DNA from: Lama guanicoe
Taxonomy: Eukaryota
Direction: 5' to 3'
Assembly: GCA_013239625.1 (NCBI GenBank)
Contig: MU054220.1
Span: forward strand, 1,355,509 to 1,419,508
Length of the DNA stretch: 64,000 bases
Part shown: piece by piece, positions 37,201-50,304 of the stretch
How the letters are laid out: the number at the start of each line of letters is the position of its first letter
Numbering within the stretch: the stretch's first letter is position 1
Notes under the pieces: generated by a model
Told to the model about the DNA's origin: nothing
What the model saw: only the letters and a program-made list of their open reading frames with translations
The model's database searches: none
Position numbers and translations under genes: made by a program

Positions 37201-37649
37201 CCATGTCAATTCATTGTAGGGACTGCCCATGTCTAAAGAAGGCTGCCTTCATTTCTGAGATATGATGTGAAAGGCACTGGGAGGGCCCCACTGCCTATGA
37301 AACTGCCCTGAACTACCACCTATTAGAGTTGCAAGGGCCCACAGAGATCCTATCCAGTTGCCTTGTTTAACAGCTGACAAAAAAAAAAAAAAAAACAAAC
37401 CCACAGACGCTCGGAGGGAAGGAAGTTCGTGGCAGAACAGGACTGAAACCCAAATCTCCAGCCCAGATCTCTTTCCCCTTCACTCAAAGCCTCCTGGGTT
37501 TGGCCCTCTTCTATCTAAGTCAGCCCTCGTGCTAGGAGAACGTTGTGGGAAAGAGGAGTAACCAGAACTGAAAGATACAAGGTTGCTTCACAACTAGAAA
37601 GGTGGGCATAGGTGGCACCTGGTATCCATTTATTTTTCTTTCTTGTGCC

Positions 37650-37862
37650 CTCATCCACAGGCTTCCCAGGGGGGACCACTCATAACCCTGTCCCAGGTCC
37701 TGCACCTGGGTGGAATTCATTTCCAGGAGTCAATCTCACTTCCTGTGTTAGGACTGGGCATGTGACTCAGGTTTGGCCAATCAAAGCATCACATTTCTCT
37801 GGCTACAGTGGTTGACTCAGGAATGGACATGTGATCTAAGCTCAGCCACTCACATTCTCTCT
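37650..37862 (+). mobile_element. Old ERVL/MaLR LTR fragment
   Basis: GGGCATGTGACTCAGGTTTGGCCAATCA; TGGTTGACTCAGGAATGGACATGTGATC. Confidence 0.6.
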
Positions 37863-37875
37863 TCCAGGACCCTGA

Positions 37876-37968
37876 TTTTTTTTTTTTAAATGGAGGTACT
37901 GGAGATTAAACCCAAGACCTTGAGCATGCTAAGCATGCACCTCACCACTGAGCTATACCCATCCCCCT
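37876..37968 (-). mobile_element. Camelid-type tRNA-Ala SINE (short form)
   Basis: TGGAGGTACTGG..GCATGCTAAGCATGCAC..CTGAGCTATACCC. Confidence 0.92.
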
Positions 37969-38289
37969 GGGACCCTCAGTCTTGAGAAGACTCCCTCAGG
38001 AACAGAAGAAATGCCTGGAGTTATTTGTTGCTGCAGCCTCTGCTTTTTAGCCTGAATCTGTAGCCTTCCTGACAATTCATCACAACTGAAGACTCCTTGG
38101 CAACCCTGTTAGGAACTGTTAGGAGAGGGTAGTTAGGAACTCAAGTGACTGATAATATTGCTTCCCATATCTCCTGAAGAGAATCTTCCACTGAGACACA
38201 GCAGCTTTGCTCCTGAGCATTTACTTGGAAAATGAGACCCAGCACAAGAAAATTCAGCTGACACAAAAACTTTTCACGATTCCTTTACA

Positions 38290-38475
38290 TCAGTGACTCT
38301 CTGTATGTGGTCCCCAAATTAGCAGCTTCCACGTCACCTGGGGACTTGTTAGAAATGCAGATCCTCAGGCTGCACCTCAGATTTACTGGGTTACTCTGGG
38401 GGAGAGGCCCGTAGCCTGGGTTTTCAGAAGCTCTCCAGGTGATTCTGATGCCCACTAGAGCTTAAGAACCACTGC
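38290..38475 (+). mobile_element. MER5A DNA transposon
   Basis: CACCTGGGGACTTGTTAGAAATGCAGAT...CCAGGTGATTCTGATGC...AAGAACCACTG. Confidence 0.88.
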
Positions 38476-38599
38476 TTTAAACCCTTACATTCAGTCTCAC
38501 ATGGATTTACTAAAACATTCAGATATCAAGAAAAAAAGATGCTTTAAAGTTGTGTCTCATTTCAGACCAAATTTTGCAGGATCATTTTATGTTAATCTA

Positions 38600-39125
38600 G
38601 GGAGCTGGAGACAGGGCTTTGCATCAGACGTAAGTTCTAATCCTCTCAGCTATTTGTTGGCTGATTGAATTTGGACAAGTTATGTCACTCCTTTAAGCCT
38701 CAGTTTTCTCATCCGAAAAACTTGGAATAATAACATCTCCTTTATGGGTTCCTGTGGACATCAAATGAGATAATGACTACAAAACTGCACATAAATCTGA
38801 GTAAATTTCATCTCATCATTATTATGTTTATGGAATTAAGGCCATTAATTACTTATTCAAAAGCACTGACTCTCTTTCACTGTCCCACGCTGGCTGAAAA
38901 CACATTTCTTGTGTGTCTGAAATTGACGTCTAGCCCAAGAGCACACGGAATGGAACCAGAAGACCCAGCTACGTCTTAGGCCTGGCCCTGCCAACAACTT
39001 ACTTACTATACGATATGCAGTGAGTCAGTTTCTGTTTCTGAACCTCAGTTTCCCTGCGTTTTAAATAAGTTGGTTGGAGCTAGGTGGGTCCTCCTGGGCT
39101 CAGACACTCTGAAATTCTGAGTCTT
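38600..39125 (+). mobile_element. MIR and MIR3 fragments
   Basis: AAGCCTCAGTTTTCTCATC; GAACCTCAGTTTCCC. Confidence 0.75.
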
Positions 39126-39749
39126 AACCCTCAGCAGAATTTTCTTTTAATGGATCGTGGGAAGCACAGTCTTCGATGCCAATGTAAATCTGGAAGCAGC
39201 GATTTCTTAGGAAACAAGAAAGGAGGACCACCCTCCAAAAGTGGGCACTAGAGGGAAGCAAGTCTTCCCACAGAGCAACTGTCCCTCTAGATTTTCCCAC
39301 TTGTCTTGGGGACCATGCCATCTTCTGGTGGGTGTACCAGATGTGAGTGATGTGATACGGGAACCACCAAGGAGCCACCTCCTCACAGGAGAAACACTTT
39401 CCCTTTCTCTGTCTACTGGAATTGCTTCATCGCTTGGCTTGCGTTGAGTACTCTGAAACTCTGGCCAAGGGCCCTCCCAAAACAGAAAGCAGTGACCACT
39501 AACCCTTGAACCTGCCAACAAGAACAAGAAGTTCAGTCTCTGTTGGGTTTTAAGCCAGGCTCCAGTACATCTCACAAAATCCCTGCTCTGCTTAAGCCAA
39601 AACGGCAGGGCATCAAATCACCCCATTTTATTTTCCTCCTTTTGCTTATCTGCATTTTCTATGTTTTTTTCCCTTCACTGGAGGTTTATCACTGCTGTTT
39701 AATCCTCAAAGCAGTAACTTCAAATGGAGATTCTCATCAAGCACGGTAG

Positions 39750-41200
39750 GGTTTTCCTAGGCGATAAGAGCACAGTATATGGGGAGGCCCTGTTCTAATA
39801 CCGGGGCACTGGGTGTCCTGGGAAAGCCACTTAGCATCCCAGGCTCTCCTTTCCCTATTGTAAAGAAAAGGGAAGTGGGTCCAGCTCTTCACCTCTACTA
39901 CTTCCCCAGACTACAAAACACCACTCAAGGTTTGGTGGCTGGTGGAAATGCTGTGCAGGTAAAGTCCGGAGTCCGATCCTGCCCCGCTCCACAACCACAG
40001 GCCACTGTGTGGTTTTGGCCAGTGGTTTATGATGTGAGTAAATAGAGAAAATGTGAATTGACTGATCCAAATCCATCAAGGGACAGGGGTGGTGGGGGGT
40101 GAAAGGGGAGGTCTTGGAAGTCTCAAATACTTCCCCAGATTCCCAAACGGATAAAAGACAGATGGGGAAGATGGTGGTAGAGACTTGGATTTACCCATCT
40201 CTTCCAAATTTCAGATAAGGAAACTGAGGCCCATACTGGAGAAGTCAGACCTTTAGGCCACACAGGGAGGGGGTAACCCCAGGTCAGTGTTCAGCCAACG
40301 ACTGCCTCTGACTCTGCTTTTGAGTCATGAAAGCTAGTGGGTAAAGGAAATTATTTTTTACCACTAAATTGGTGGATTAGAGGGACCCTTCAGCCCTGCC
40401 GACTGGGAGGCTTGTCTGGGCAGCAGAACACCCTCTGGCACCGTACGCCCTCAGCAGTAACGACAGAGGCGGTCCTGAGCCCAGCTGCATTTTTCCCAGG
40501 CTGTCTCACACAAAGGGCTGGCCTGGCCTCGCCTTGTTATCTCTTGGTCTCAATCAGCTGCACTCCATTTTCTATCATGGTTTATCCACAAAAGCCTCCT
40601 TGGCTGCCCAACAGGAAAGCCAGGCCAAGGTCCCAGAGTTAGTATGAAGGCTGGGCTGGATGGGTTTGATGAGAGAAAATACAATGGGTGTGCTAGGCCT
40701 GCAGCCGCCAGTGCCTTCAGAAATCCACATCTCTGCACAAAGAGACAGCACAAGGAGACAGGCCCGGGTCCCAGTTCCAGCTACTTCCCCAGTGGCATGA
40801 CTTGGAGTAAGATATTCAGCTTTCTGAGCCTCACTTTCTTGATCTGTAAAACAGAAATGACACCACTGGCCTCACAAGCTGTTGGATTGTGTTTGTAGCA
40901 TCATTAGCTCTGGGCCTGGAAGACGGAACACTGGGTATGTTTGTTTCCCTGATGCTCAAGGTGTAGAGTTGTCCTAGTGAAGAATTAGAGGTTCAGCCCT
41001 GACCTGCAGGCAGGCCAGGGTGTGACCGGCAGAGCCCAGGCACTGGGTTTGAGGATGGCTCTGATGTTCCCCAGCTACGGCGAATCCCTCTTCTTCTCTA
41101 AGATTCAATTTCCTAGTCTCCAGGTGGAAAACTTAATACCTTACTCACACCTGAGATTATGGCTGTGAACGTGCTTTGTAAACTGTAAAACACACCAGTG
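39750..41200. mobile_element. Scattered MIR fragments (~39750-39870, 40200-40320, 40760-40920, 41040-41200)
   Basis: CAGATAAGGAAACTGAGGCCCA; CTGAGCCTCACTTTCTTGATCTGTAAAA. Confidence 0.6.
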
Positions 41201-41275
41201 TTCTTCTCATTAGCACGTACTGGTAGGTAATCAAATCCTCCTGAGACCTTGGCCAAGTCATTAAACTTCTCTGGG

Positions 41276-41760
41276 TATATCAGTCAGGGACCCAGCAGGA
41301 AACAGATGGCACATCCGGACGGGGCAATTGGATTGCTGTGCAATAACAGGGCTATTTACAAAAACGTGTGCACAAAATAGACAGCACAGTACCTCAGGGC
41401 TAGTGACCCCAAGGAGCCCTTACTACTGCTAGGCCTTGAAGGAGCAAAGGAGAAGCAGCCACTGGGACCAGAGAGGGTGGCTGTATTGAGGAGCCACCTG
41501 ATGGGGGCTGTGACTGTCAGAGGGTTGCAGCCCGTCCAGGTGCTCCAGCAGGGGAGGGAGCTGAGGAGAGAATACCCTTCCCTCAATCTCCTGCCCTCTG
41601 ATCCCCCGTGGGCGTTTCCCCTTTGGCCTAATCAAACTAAAGGCCAGAAGGTAAGGCAACCCAGTGATAAATACATACAGGGCAGCCTCCTAGGACACAG
41701 AACAGAGTGGAAAAGGATGGAGAGCAGGTCTGGAGGGGCAAGCAGCAGGTGCCCAGCACA
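41276..41760 (-). mobile_element. ERVL solo LTR (LTR33-like) inserted into a MIR
   Basis: CAGTCAGGGACCCAGCAGGAAACAGATGGCACA start, ...CAGCACA end; perfect 5-bp TSD CTGGG 41271-41275 / 41761-41765. Confidence 0.85.
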
Positions 41761-42439
41761 CTGGGCATCAATGTCTTCCACAGTCAAAAGGTCTTGAAGG
41801 AGATATTCTTCTGTCTCACCCTCCGATAGATTCTCAGCACTTTTTCTAAGCTTCAGATCCAGATCTAGGAGGGTTAGACGCTGGGAGGGAATCCAAGCCC
41901 TCTCCTATGGAGATCTTTAGTCTCCCCAATTAATCAAGAGCAAAGACATCCTTTTCTGGCAGACCCAAATTTAAATTATCGCCTTTGAGGCCCATACTCA
42001 AAGCAGAGGCAAGCCAGCCACAGAGGGAGTAATTCTTTGGATTACTATGTTTTAGTAATTTCTTTTTCTCTTTTAACCAAAGCGAGCCAGGTGCATGTCT
42101 CAAATGCTAAACAGACGCCCTTCTGCTTTCATTCGTTGGAAGAAATATAATGCAATGTAGCCGTCTCTTTAGGCTTTATCTTTAGAAATAATAAATTGCA
42201 TACAACTGAACACACTGGAGCAATCTAATTTTTTTCCAGCACCTTCTAGCTGACAGTCAGTGTGGCTCCCAGGGGAGAAATCAAAGAGCCGAGTAATCTC
42301 AAAGAGGCCATAGTTCCTGAATCCCCTTTTTCACTCCATCCCATTCCAGATGGGTGATATAAATCATGTGCCTATAAAAGAAAAGATAAGAGAGGTCTTT
42401 CCAGGAAATCTCAGCACAGGCAATCTGGGGCAATACTTA

Positions 42440-42670
42440 AACCTTTGCGCTCTAGAATTAGTAAAGCTCAGCTTCAAGTCCTTGCTGTCAGTTACTAGTT
42501 GTCTTCGTGACCTTGGACAAGTGACCTAAGCTTCAGTATCCTCATCTGTCCATTTGACAGATTATGCTCATTTGGCACAATAATAATGCTTTATCTACCT
42601 CAGAGGGTTATTTCAAAGTTGAATGAAATAGTACGAACCCTTAGCATACAGAGCCTTCAAGAAACGGTAG
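42440..42670 (+). mobile_element. MIR SINE
   Basis: GTGACCTTGGACAAGTGACCTAAG..CCTCATCTG. Confidence 0.75.
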
Positions 42671-43999
42671 TGGAGGGGAAATGGGGAGCTGCCAATAGAT
42701 CTGTGCCACTGGATCCACAGTAGTGGCTCTCACCTCGCTGTGGTACTTCATCTATTCTTCTTCTATGTTCTTCGTCACTTCCCCTTGCATTGCAGCATCC
42801 GTATTACCCGCCTACTCTACATGTGTCAGTCACAGTGCTTTTCACACCCAGAGCCCCTTGCTGCAGGGCACCTCCCTTCCCCCGACTGTTATAAATCAGG
42901 GATAGTTCCTAGCTCCTTCAGCAAATCATCGTAATGAAATACTGTGCTTTAGTTAGTCCACTCTTAACAGAATACAGAGCTACGAAAGGCCATCCGATTC
43001 TGTAATGCAGATGGTACTAGAATCTCCTGACTAAACCATAAAAGCTGCATGAACCTATCAAGCAAGCTGTGACAACACACAAACTGTACCCGTGGAAGGG
43101 CAGCCTGCAAAAAGCATACTTAGAAAAGGAGAGAGGTTTGAAACATATTTACGTTTTTAATTGTTATTTTTAATATTTTTGTTTTACTTCTCATTTGTTA
43201 GAAATTGGCAACTTTTTCGTACGAGACCGTGAGGTAAGGACTACAACCCCAAAGCTTCTTCTGAAGCATTAATCTTTTTTTTAAACTGTTGAAGAAACTG
43301 CAGCTCAGAGAGGGTTAGTGATTTACCCAGGGTCACACAGCTAGTTGGAGAAAAAGTTCCCATCTTAACAAATTGATATGTATGTTTTATGCCACCTTCA
43401 AAAATATTTTGTGAGCACTCTCTATAAATAGCTCCTGAAGTATGTTGGTAAGTCAATGCCACAAGTTATTTCTCAACGTTGTAAAATTTTATCATGATCC
43501 ATTTGCATCGTGACAAGGTACTAAAGAAAATCTTTCATCTAATCTGTTGTCTACTTTTTTATGGTGATAAACCACTGGCCTGGAGGAGCCATCCAAGAAG
43601 TTGAGGTATGGTGCTCTTCCAGCCCTGGCTTGTGCGTAAACACCCTCTTTCACTCATGCAGCCTTTAATAAGTGGCAAAATCTTACTCGGCAAACTTGAA
43701 TCTATGGCCTTATTTTTCCACCTCTTTCTCCTCTTTCCAGCCCCACTGCACTTGCTCTAGTTCAACTCCTCAGATTTTTGCAGTAAGGTTCCAATGGCCT
43801 CCCCACCTGCAGCCTCCCTCCATTTCAATCTATTTTGCACACATCACTGATCAACTTATTCACAGCACTGCTCACCTCACAGTAGCTTCCTATTGCTTAT
43901 AGAGAAAAAAAAAAGCCTCTTATCTGCCACTCAAGACCCCCAATGACCTCCTTCCAATCTGCCTTTCCAATACTGGCATCCCTACTCCAGTGCTCCCAG

Positions 44000-45075
44000 T
44001 GAATTGTGTATTTCACTATTGCCCTCTGCTCCCCGTATGTTCCCAAAATGATGTGTCCAAGGCCCAGTTTCTCCCACCAACCCCATTTCATCTCTCTGTG
44101 TGCCAGCTTTACTTCCTCAGTGAGGGTTCTCTTCTCAGAAGTCTCTCCCCTTGTGTCTGTAAGATAGCTGCCAGGGGCTTCTAAGACCACGTGCTTCCAC
44201 GTCAAATTCAGCAGAGACATGCAACGTCTGTTTCCTGGTAGATCTCATTGCCCCTGACTGGCCTGACTTTTGTCATACTCCCCTCCTTTAGTCAATGCTT
44301 GTGGCCAGGGGATGGGACAAGTTCCTTTTAGGGACTCCCTGAATTTCCCAGGTGTGAGGTCTGGGTAGGACTGACCCTCGCCTTCAAGTCCAGGGATGAG
44401 CCCTGACTGACTTAGTTACGGTGTAGATGCTCTGGAGGCCTTTTCTTCCATAGAGTCTTTTCCTTACTCCCCTAGCTAGAAAGCAAGTTCCTTCTCAAGT
44501 GAACCTGTAAAGCTGTTTATCAGCATTTCTTGTATTGCATTTACCACTATCTAGCTTGCATTACAGCTCTCTGTCTTACCTCTGCGTCCTGGGCATCTAT
44601 CATGGTGCACATCACACCCACAATCTCCTATGAGAAACGGCCCTATCCGCAGTCTCTGGCTAAGCAGCCAGCCCTGAGTTACTTTATGTGACCACATCCA
44701 CCCCGTTTCCCTGCTGGTCATGATGCTTAGACCTGGGGTGGGCAGCCAACCGATAGGCAGGCAACGATAGACTGGCCAACAGCTCCTGAGGCATCTCAAA
44801 TGAACACCTCTGCCCAGAGACCTCAGTGATTAGTCTTATGGCCCTGAATGAACTGCACTACAAGCAGGCAGAAGCTCTGGGTAAGCAGAAGCCGCAAGAC
44901 AAGGGAAAGACAGAGAGTAGAGAATGAAGACTATTATCCTCAGAAAGAAGGTAGTGGGACGCAGAGACGCCAACTAACCCGCCCAGCAGGTAGTCTAAGT
45001 CTAAAGCCTCCTCTCCCAACCAGTACACCACACTCTCAAATTGCTACCAAAAGCAACTGCGTTGCATTAGATGCA
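44000..45075. mobile_element. Old LTR-like fragments (ERVL/MaLR), family uncertain
   Basis: GTAAGATAGCTGCCAG; GTCAATGCTTGTGGCCAGGGGATGGGA; TGTGACCACA. Confidence 0.4.
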
Positions 45076-45102
45076 GACAGACCCTTATTATACAAGCTAA
45101 CA

Positions 45103-45493
45103 CCAGAAAGAGAAAGAAAAATACCGTATGATATCACTTATATGTAGAATCTGAAAAAAAAAAAGACAAACAAACTTATTTACAAAACACAAAAAGACTC
45201 ACAGACATAGTAAACAAACTTATGGTTACAGGGAGGGGGAAGAGGGTGGGAAGGGATAAATTGGGAATTTGAGATTTGCAGATACTAACTGCTATATATA
45301 AAATAGATAAACAACAAGTTTATACTATATAGCACAGTGAACCATATTCAATATCTTATAGTAACTTACGGTGAAAAAGAATATGAAAACAAATATATGT
45401 ACATTCCTATATGACTAAAGCATTGTGCTGTACACCAGAAATTGACACAACATTGTAAACTGACTATACTTCAACATTTAAAAAAAAAAAAAA
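45103..45493 (+). mobile_element. Young L1 3' end
   Basis: 3' UTR plus long A tail; TSD AAGCTAACA 45094-45102 / 45494-45502. Confidence 0.95.
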
Positions 45494-46599
45494 AAGCTAA
45501 CAGAGGGAAATGTTAAAAGGAAACAAACAAGCTGATCACTAACGGTGGCTCCCTTCCCTGGGATGGTCACCTAGGGCCTCTCTCCCTGCCCATTAGTCTT
45601 TTGGTCACTTCCTTCAAGATTGTCCAGGAAACTTTCCTCCCCATCATACCCTGATTGGGAGTGTCTTTCATCTACTCTCAGGAATGTTTTTCATCTTCAT
45701 TGACCCTATATGTGATGGGCAGAAGGCAAAGCCCTGGAAGAAGGCCATGGTAGAGACCCCTTTAGGGGAGGCTACCCAGCCCACAACAGCCCTCACCTCG
45801 CAGGACGTTCCTCCACTTCCACCCAAGAACGGTTCCCAGCAGCACCGCACAAGGTATTTTTATTTACATTGGTTCGTCTTATTTTCCCAATAACCTTGAG
45901 ATGTAAAACTGAGATGAAGTAAACCACGAAGGGCCACACTCTCTAACATGTTGTCATCATGATCTTAACGCAGGTCTGGCTGCCCTCAAAGCTCCTGCTC
46001 TCTCCACTGTTCCCTGTTGCCTCCGAAATTGAAAGATGAGTGGGGCCAGGATACAAGCATAATGAAGATTTTTGCTTCGTTTTCCTTTTAGTGGCATCAG
46101 TAGTATTCATAACAGATTGTTATCTTTAGCCTTTATTTTGGCCATGACACATCTGGAGAACACCCAACAAACCCCCGACTTGCTTAGCAAGCTGGGATTG
46201 TGAGTTTGAGAAGTCTGTGCCCATGGTCATGTCCAGCCACGGGGTCCAGGGTTGAAACCAGGGGCTGTCCCAGGGGCTCAATTAGGATTCTCCTGTGATG
46301 AGGATATTACTGATGAGAAATTTTTAAGGGCCTGAGGGAAAACTCTCCCTCGGTGATGGAACACTTCCAGCATATCTGAGTGCAGTTGGAAATGTGTATG
46401 TAATATCCTGACAGGAGCGCTTCTCTACGCGTCCAAAGCTGTTTAGGCAAGTTGGTCCAGAAACACTCCCCAAGTGTAGCTAAACTCCGAAAATCAAATG
46501 GCTCATGTGCTAGTTTCAGATCATTTCACTGTGGGCTTCTATCTGCCCAGGCTATTCAAATAATGCCACATTGGTTTGAAAGAAGGAAATATTTTATGT

Positions 46600-46776
46600 A
46601 TTTCTTTTTTTTTTGCTTGTTTTTTAAATTTTTTTAAAAGTTTTTGCTCTTTTTGGGTTTTGGGGGGGAGGGTAATTAGATTTATTTGTTTATTTGTATA
46701 GTGGTACTGGGGATTGAACCCAGGACCTCGTGCATGCTAAGCACAGCACTCTACCACTGAGCTATACCCTCCCCCC
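46600..46776 (-). mobile_element. Camelid-type tRNA-Ala SINE
   Basis: GGTACTGGGGATTGAACCCAGGACCTCGTGCATGCTAAGC...GAGCTATACCCTCCCC. Confidence 0.95.
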
Positions 46777-46909
46777 AATCATTTACAGGGTCAATAAATT
46801 TATTCTGAGTGCCAATATGTGGCAGGTACTAAAGAGTCAATGGCAAATGAACACCATCTCCTCCATTGAAGGAGCTTTAGTCTTTAACTCAAAAGATGTT
46901 TCTGCAATT

Positions 46910-47120
46910 AATAGTGCTAATAAGAGCATCTTTCTGCTGATACACTACAGTTCATTCGAGCCTCAGTGTAATCCTGGGGCAGGAAGAGCGGGTTTTATCA
47001 TCTCCATGTTGCACATGTGAAGCCTGAAGTTGGGAGAAGTTATGTGTTTTCCCCAAAGTCCCACAACTTGTAAATAATAAATCTGAGATTCAAGCCCACC
47101 TAATCGAGGGGTCCCTTTTC
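46910..47120 (-). mobile_element. MIR SINE
   Basis: ATCTCCATGTTGCACATGTGAAGCCTGAAG..GATTCAAGCCCA. Confidence 0.65.
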
Positions 47121-47199
47121 TAGAGTCAAGAGTGCTCTTTGATCACAGTTTAGACTTGATATTTCTCGAAGATGCCATTTTCTGTTTGTGGTGCCCCAG

Positions 47200-47403
47200 A
47201 GTGAGGGTTAGTGAACTATGGGCTGTGGGCCAAGTCTGCTGCCACCTGTTTTTGGAAAGAAAACTTCTGTGGAACACAGCCACGTCAGCCACTTGCTTTC
47301 ATGTGATGGCAGCACAGCTGAGTAGCTGCAATGGAGGTCATGGAGCTCACAAAGCCTAAAATACTGCTTCTGGCCCTTTATAGAAGAAGTTTGCCGACTC
47401 TGG
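47200..47403. mobile_element. MER58A-like DNA transposon
   Basis: GGAACACAGCCACG...AAAGCCTAAAATA...CTGGCCCTTTATAGAAGAAGTTTGCCGAC. Confidence 0.85.
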
Positions 47404-48244
47404 GTCCACAGCATAAACTTACCTTGTCTTCCCCTTGATTTCTAACTTTGGCCACGATCCCGGGTCAGTCTGATACCAGGATCCGGGCTCAGCCTGGGGC
47501 TATTGAAGAGGACAGTTCCACAAATTCTACAATTCAAAGGGGTTTTCTTCATCAACTTGATGTCAAATTTTGCCATGTGTTTCCCACCTCCTCTGATAGA
47601 CTTGGGGCCCCAGAAGAGCAGATGACTTCACATCTAAAGGCGGGAAATAGCATGCATAAACAAGGACTTGATTTGCCGGAAAACTGCTCTCAATAACGCT
47701 ATCCTATAGTCACGACACATTCCATTTGCCCTATGTAACATCTAACTCCAGAGGAGGCTGCCCAAGAATGCACTTGAGTGCATTGGACCTGGTCCAAAAG
47801 TCAAAATGACTAAGACCAATCCTGTGCTTTCCCAACTATGCCTGGATTTGAAATAAGTTCTCTAGACTTTGTAGTTCCCATGGAAGACCAAGCAAACGTG
47901 TATTGAATGGTCCTGGTTTCTAATCAAACACCCAATGCTTCTCCGCCCAATGTGCCTTTTTTGATGCTCTCATAGCAATTTGATTCCATCAGAGAAAGCC
48001 TCTATACCTGGCACCTTCAGCTCCCATTAATTCAATAAACACATCCTATAGTAGGTCTTAAATTTCTTCTTTGATGCTAGGCAAACTGGGGAAAGAGATG
48101 GGAGCCATTTAATCTGAACTTTACATCGACAAAGAACTCAGGTTCACTTTTGGCATCATCTACAAAAGAACTTAGAGACATGATGCTATACGGATGGAAC
48201 TACACTTGATTCTGGACCGTGGCACTTTGAATTAAGGTTGCTTT

Positions 48245-48252
48245 AAAGTTGT

Positions 48253-48300
<48 letters not shown>

Positions 48301-48702
48301 GGAATACTACTCAGCCATTAAAAAGAATAAAATAATGCCATTTGTAGAAACATGGATAGACCTGGAGATCGTTATCCTAAGTGAACTAAGCCAGAAAGAG
48401 AAAGCAAAATACCATATGATATCACTTATATATGGAATCTAAAAAAAAGACACAAATGAATTTATTTACAAAACAGAAACAGACTCACAGATATAGAAAA
48501 CAAACTTATGGTTACCAGTGGGGGGAAAGGTGGGAAGGAATAAATTGGGAGTTTGAGATATGCAGATACTAACTACTATATATAAAATAGATAAACAACA
48601 AGTTTATACTGTAGAGCACAGGGAACTATATTCAATACCTTGTAGTAACCTACAATGAAAAAGAATATGAAAAAAATATATGTATGTATACGTATGACTG
48701 GA
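48245..48702 (+). mobile_element. Young L1 fragment lacking its terminal segment and poly A
   Basis: GGAATACTACTCAGCC through GTATGACTG, then unrelated sequence. Confidence 0.92.
48256..48299 (+). repeat. (CA)n microsatellite (~21 units)
   Basis: Direct read. Confidence 0.97.
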
Positions 48703-49630
48703 AGTCACCCCCGCTTCTGAACCTCTTTCCTGGCAAAAGGCAGAAAGATTAGCCCAGGGCAAGGCTTATTTTTAAACCTCAGACATGGGGCAACCCCGGA
48801 ACTGTCTACTGCATCAGTAAAACCAAGATGCAGACTTCCTGACACACAGCTGTAACCTAGTATTGCATACACTCAAATATTATTAGAGGATGAACAACCA
48901 GCAGAACTGTCTGCCAATTACCTATTTAACTTGGCCCAGTGCTGCCCACAAAGCTGATGTTAATATATATGTCTACGCACACACATATACATACACATAT
49001 AATATACACACTATATATACATACACATATTCACACATGTATATAATGAGGTGAATTAACACTAATTTCTGAAATTTTGCTTCCAGTTTCAGGTGATAGG
49101 GATGAAAGCTACTGCATCTTTACACGATCTGGTGAAACACAGAATCTAAAGGGCCACTTCAGGATGGGGTGTCCATTCATCTAATACAGCTTCATTAGGA
49201 TGTCTAGACATCCAGGATGTAGGGGCTAAATAAGGTAGCCCCTGCCTCTGAGGGGCTCATGGGCAATGGGAGACACCAGCTCCAACATAAGGCCATGGAA
49301 AGTGCTGTTCAAAGATACAAACCAGATGCTGCTGTATATCCAAGGAGGAATTATCTGGAGCAATGAATTGGGGCTGGAGGAAGACTTCACTTAGAAGTAA
49401 TATTTTGCAGGTCCTTGCAGAAATGGAAGCTTATAAGAGACAGAGATGAGAAAGAAGGATTTCAATTCAATTTAACAAGCATGATGTAATCACCTACCCT
49501 CTACCAAAAATCCCAAGCCTTTCTTAGAATAGATGTTCAGGAAACATAAGCTTTTGTAATACTATTGTGATGCTAAGTGCAGACAGGGCCAGCGATAAGC
49601 ACCTTTGTTCTTTTAGAAAAGGCATCCCAA

Positions 49631-49775
49631 GGGGAAGGTATAGCTCAGTGGTAGAGTGCATGCTTAGCATGCATGACGCCCTGGGTTTCAAAACCCAGTA
49701 CCTCCATTAAAAATAAATCAGTAAATAAATAAACCTAATTACCACCCCCCCGCAAAAGTGAGTAAATTCTTTTTA
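49631..49775 (+). mobile_element. Camelid-type tRNA-Ala SINE
   Basis: TSD AGAAAAGGCATCCC 49615-49628 / 49776-49789. Confidence 0.96.
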
Positions 49776-50159
49776 AGAAAAGGCATCCCTCCTCTAGACA
49801 TTTAGAGGTCAAAATCAGTGTTCATGACTTGGTGAGTCAGGCTAGATTCCAGTCCCACCTACAAACCCACTTAGCCCTCCCACTGAACTCCTTTGCACAG
49901 TGAACCACCTGCTCAACTATACATGGCAACCCTGGGTACAGGAAACACGAAGATGAATAAGGCATGATTGCCTTGAGGAGCTCATCTGGTCAAGAAGAAA
50001 AACTACATAATACTGTATAAGTGACATAATAAGGTATGTGCAAATATTATAGGAAGGAGCAGCAAGAGAGAGATGTGGTCAAAGATCATAAAACATAAAG
50101 CATGTGTCCAGTTTAGGGAAGGCTGAATACTCTTGGGCAGAAGAGGGAAGGCAGCTTTT

Positions 50160-50283
50160 ATTTTAATTTTGGGGGGAGGTAATTAAGTTTATTTATTTAT
50201 TCTTGGAGGAGGTACTGGGGATTGAACCCAGGACCTCGTGCATGCTTAACATGCGCTCTACCACTTGAGTTACACCCTCCCCT
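50160..50283 (-). mobile_element. Camelid-type tRNA-Ala SINE
   Basis: GGAGGTACTGGGGATTGAACCCAGG; approximate TSD AGG(C/T)AG..TTTTATTT. Confidence 0.94.
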
Positions 50284-50304
50284 AGGTAGTTTTATTTCTC
50301 TAGC

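Noticed and set aside
49631..49706. Apparent tRNA-Ala(AGC) genes (also 15937, 28426, 57675, 62428 and others)
   Set aside because: They have imperfect acceptor stems, A-rich tails and TSDs, and occur about 18 times: SINE heads, not tRNA genes
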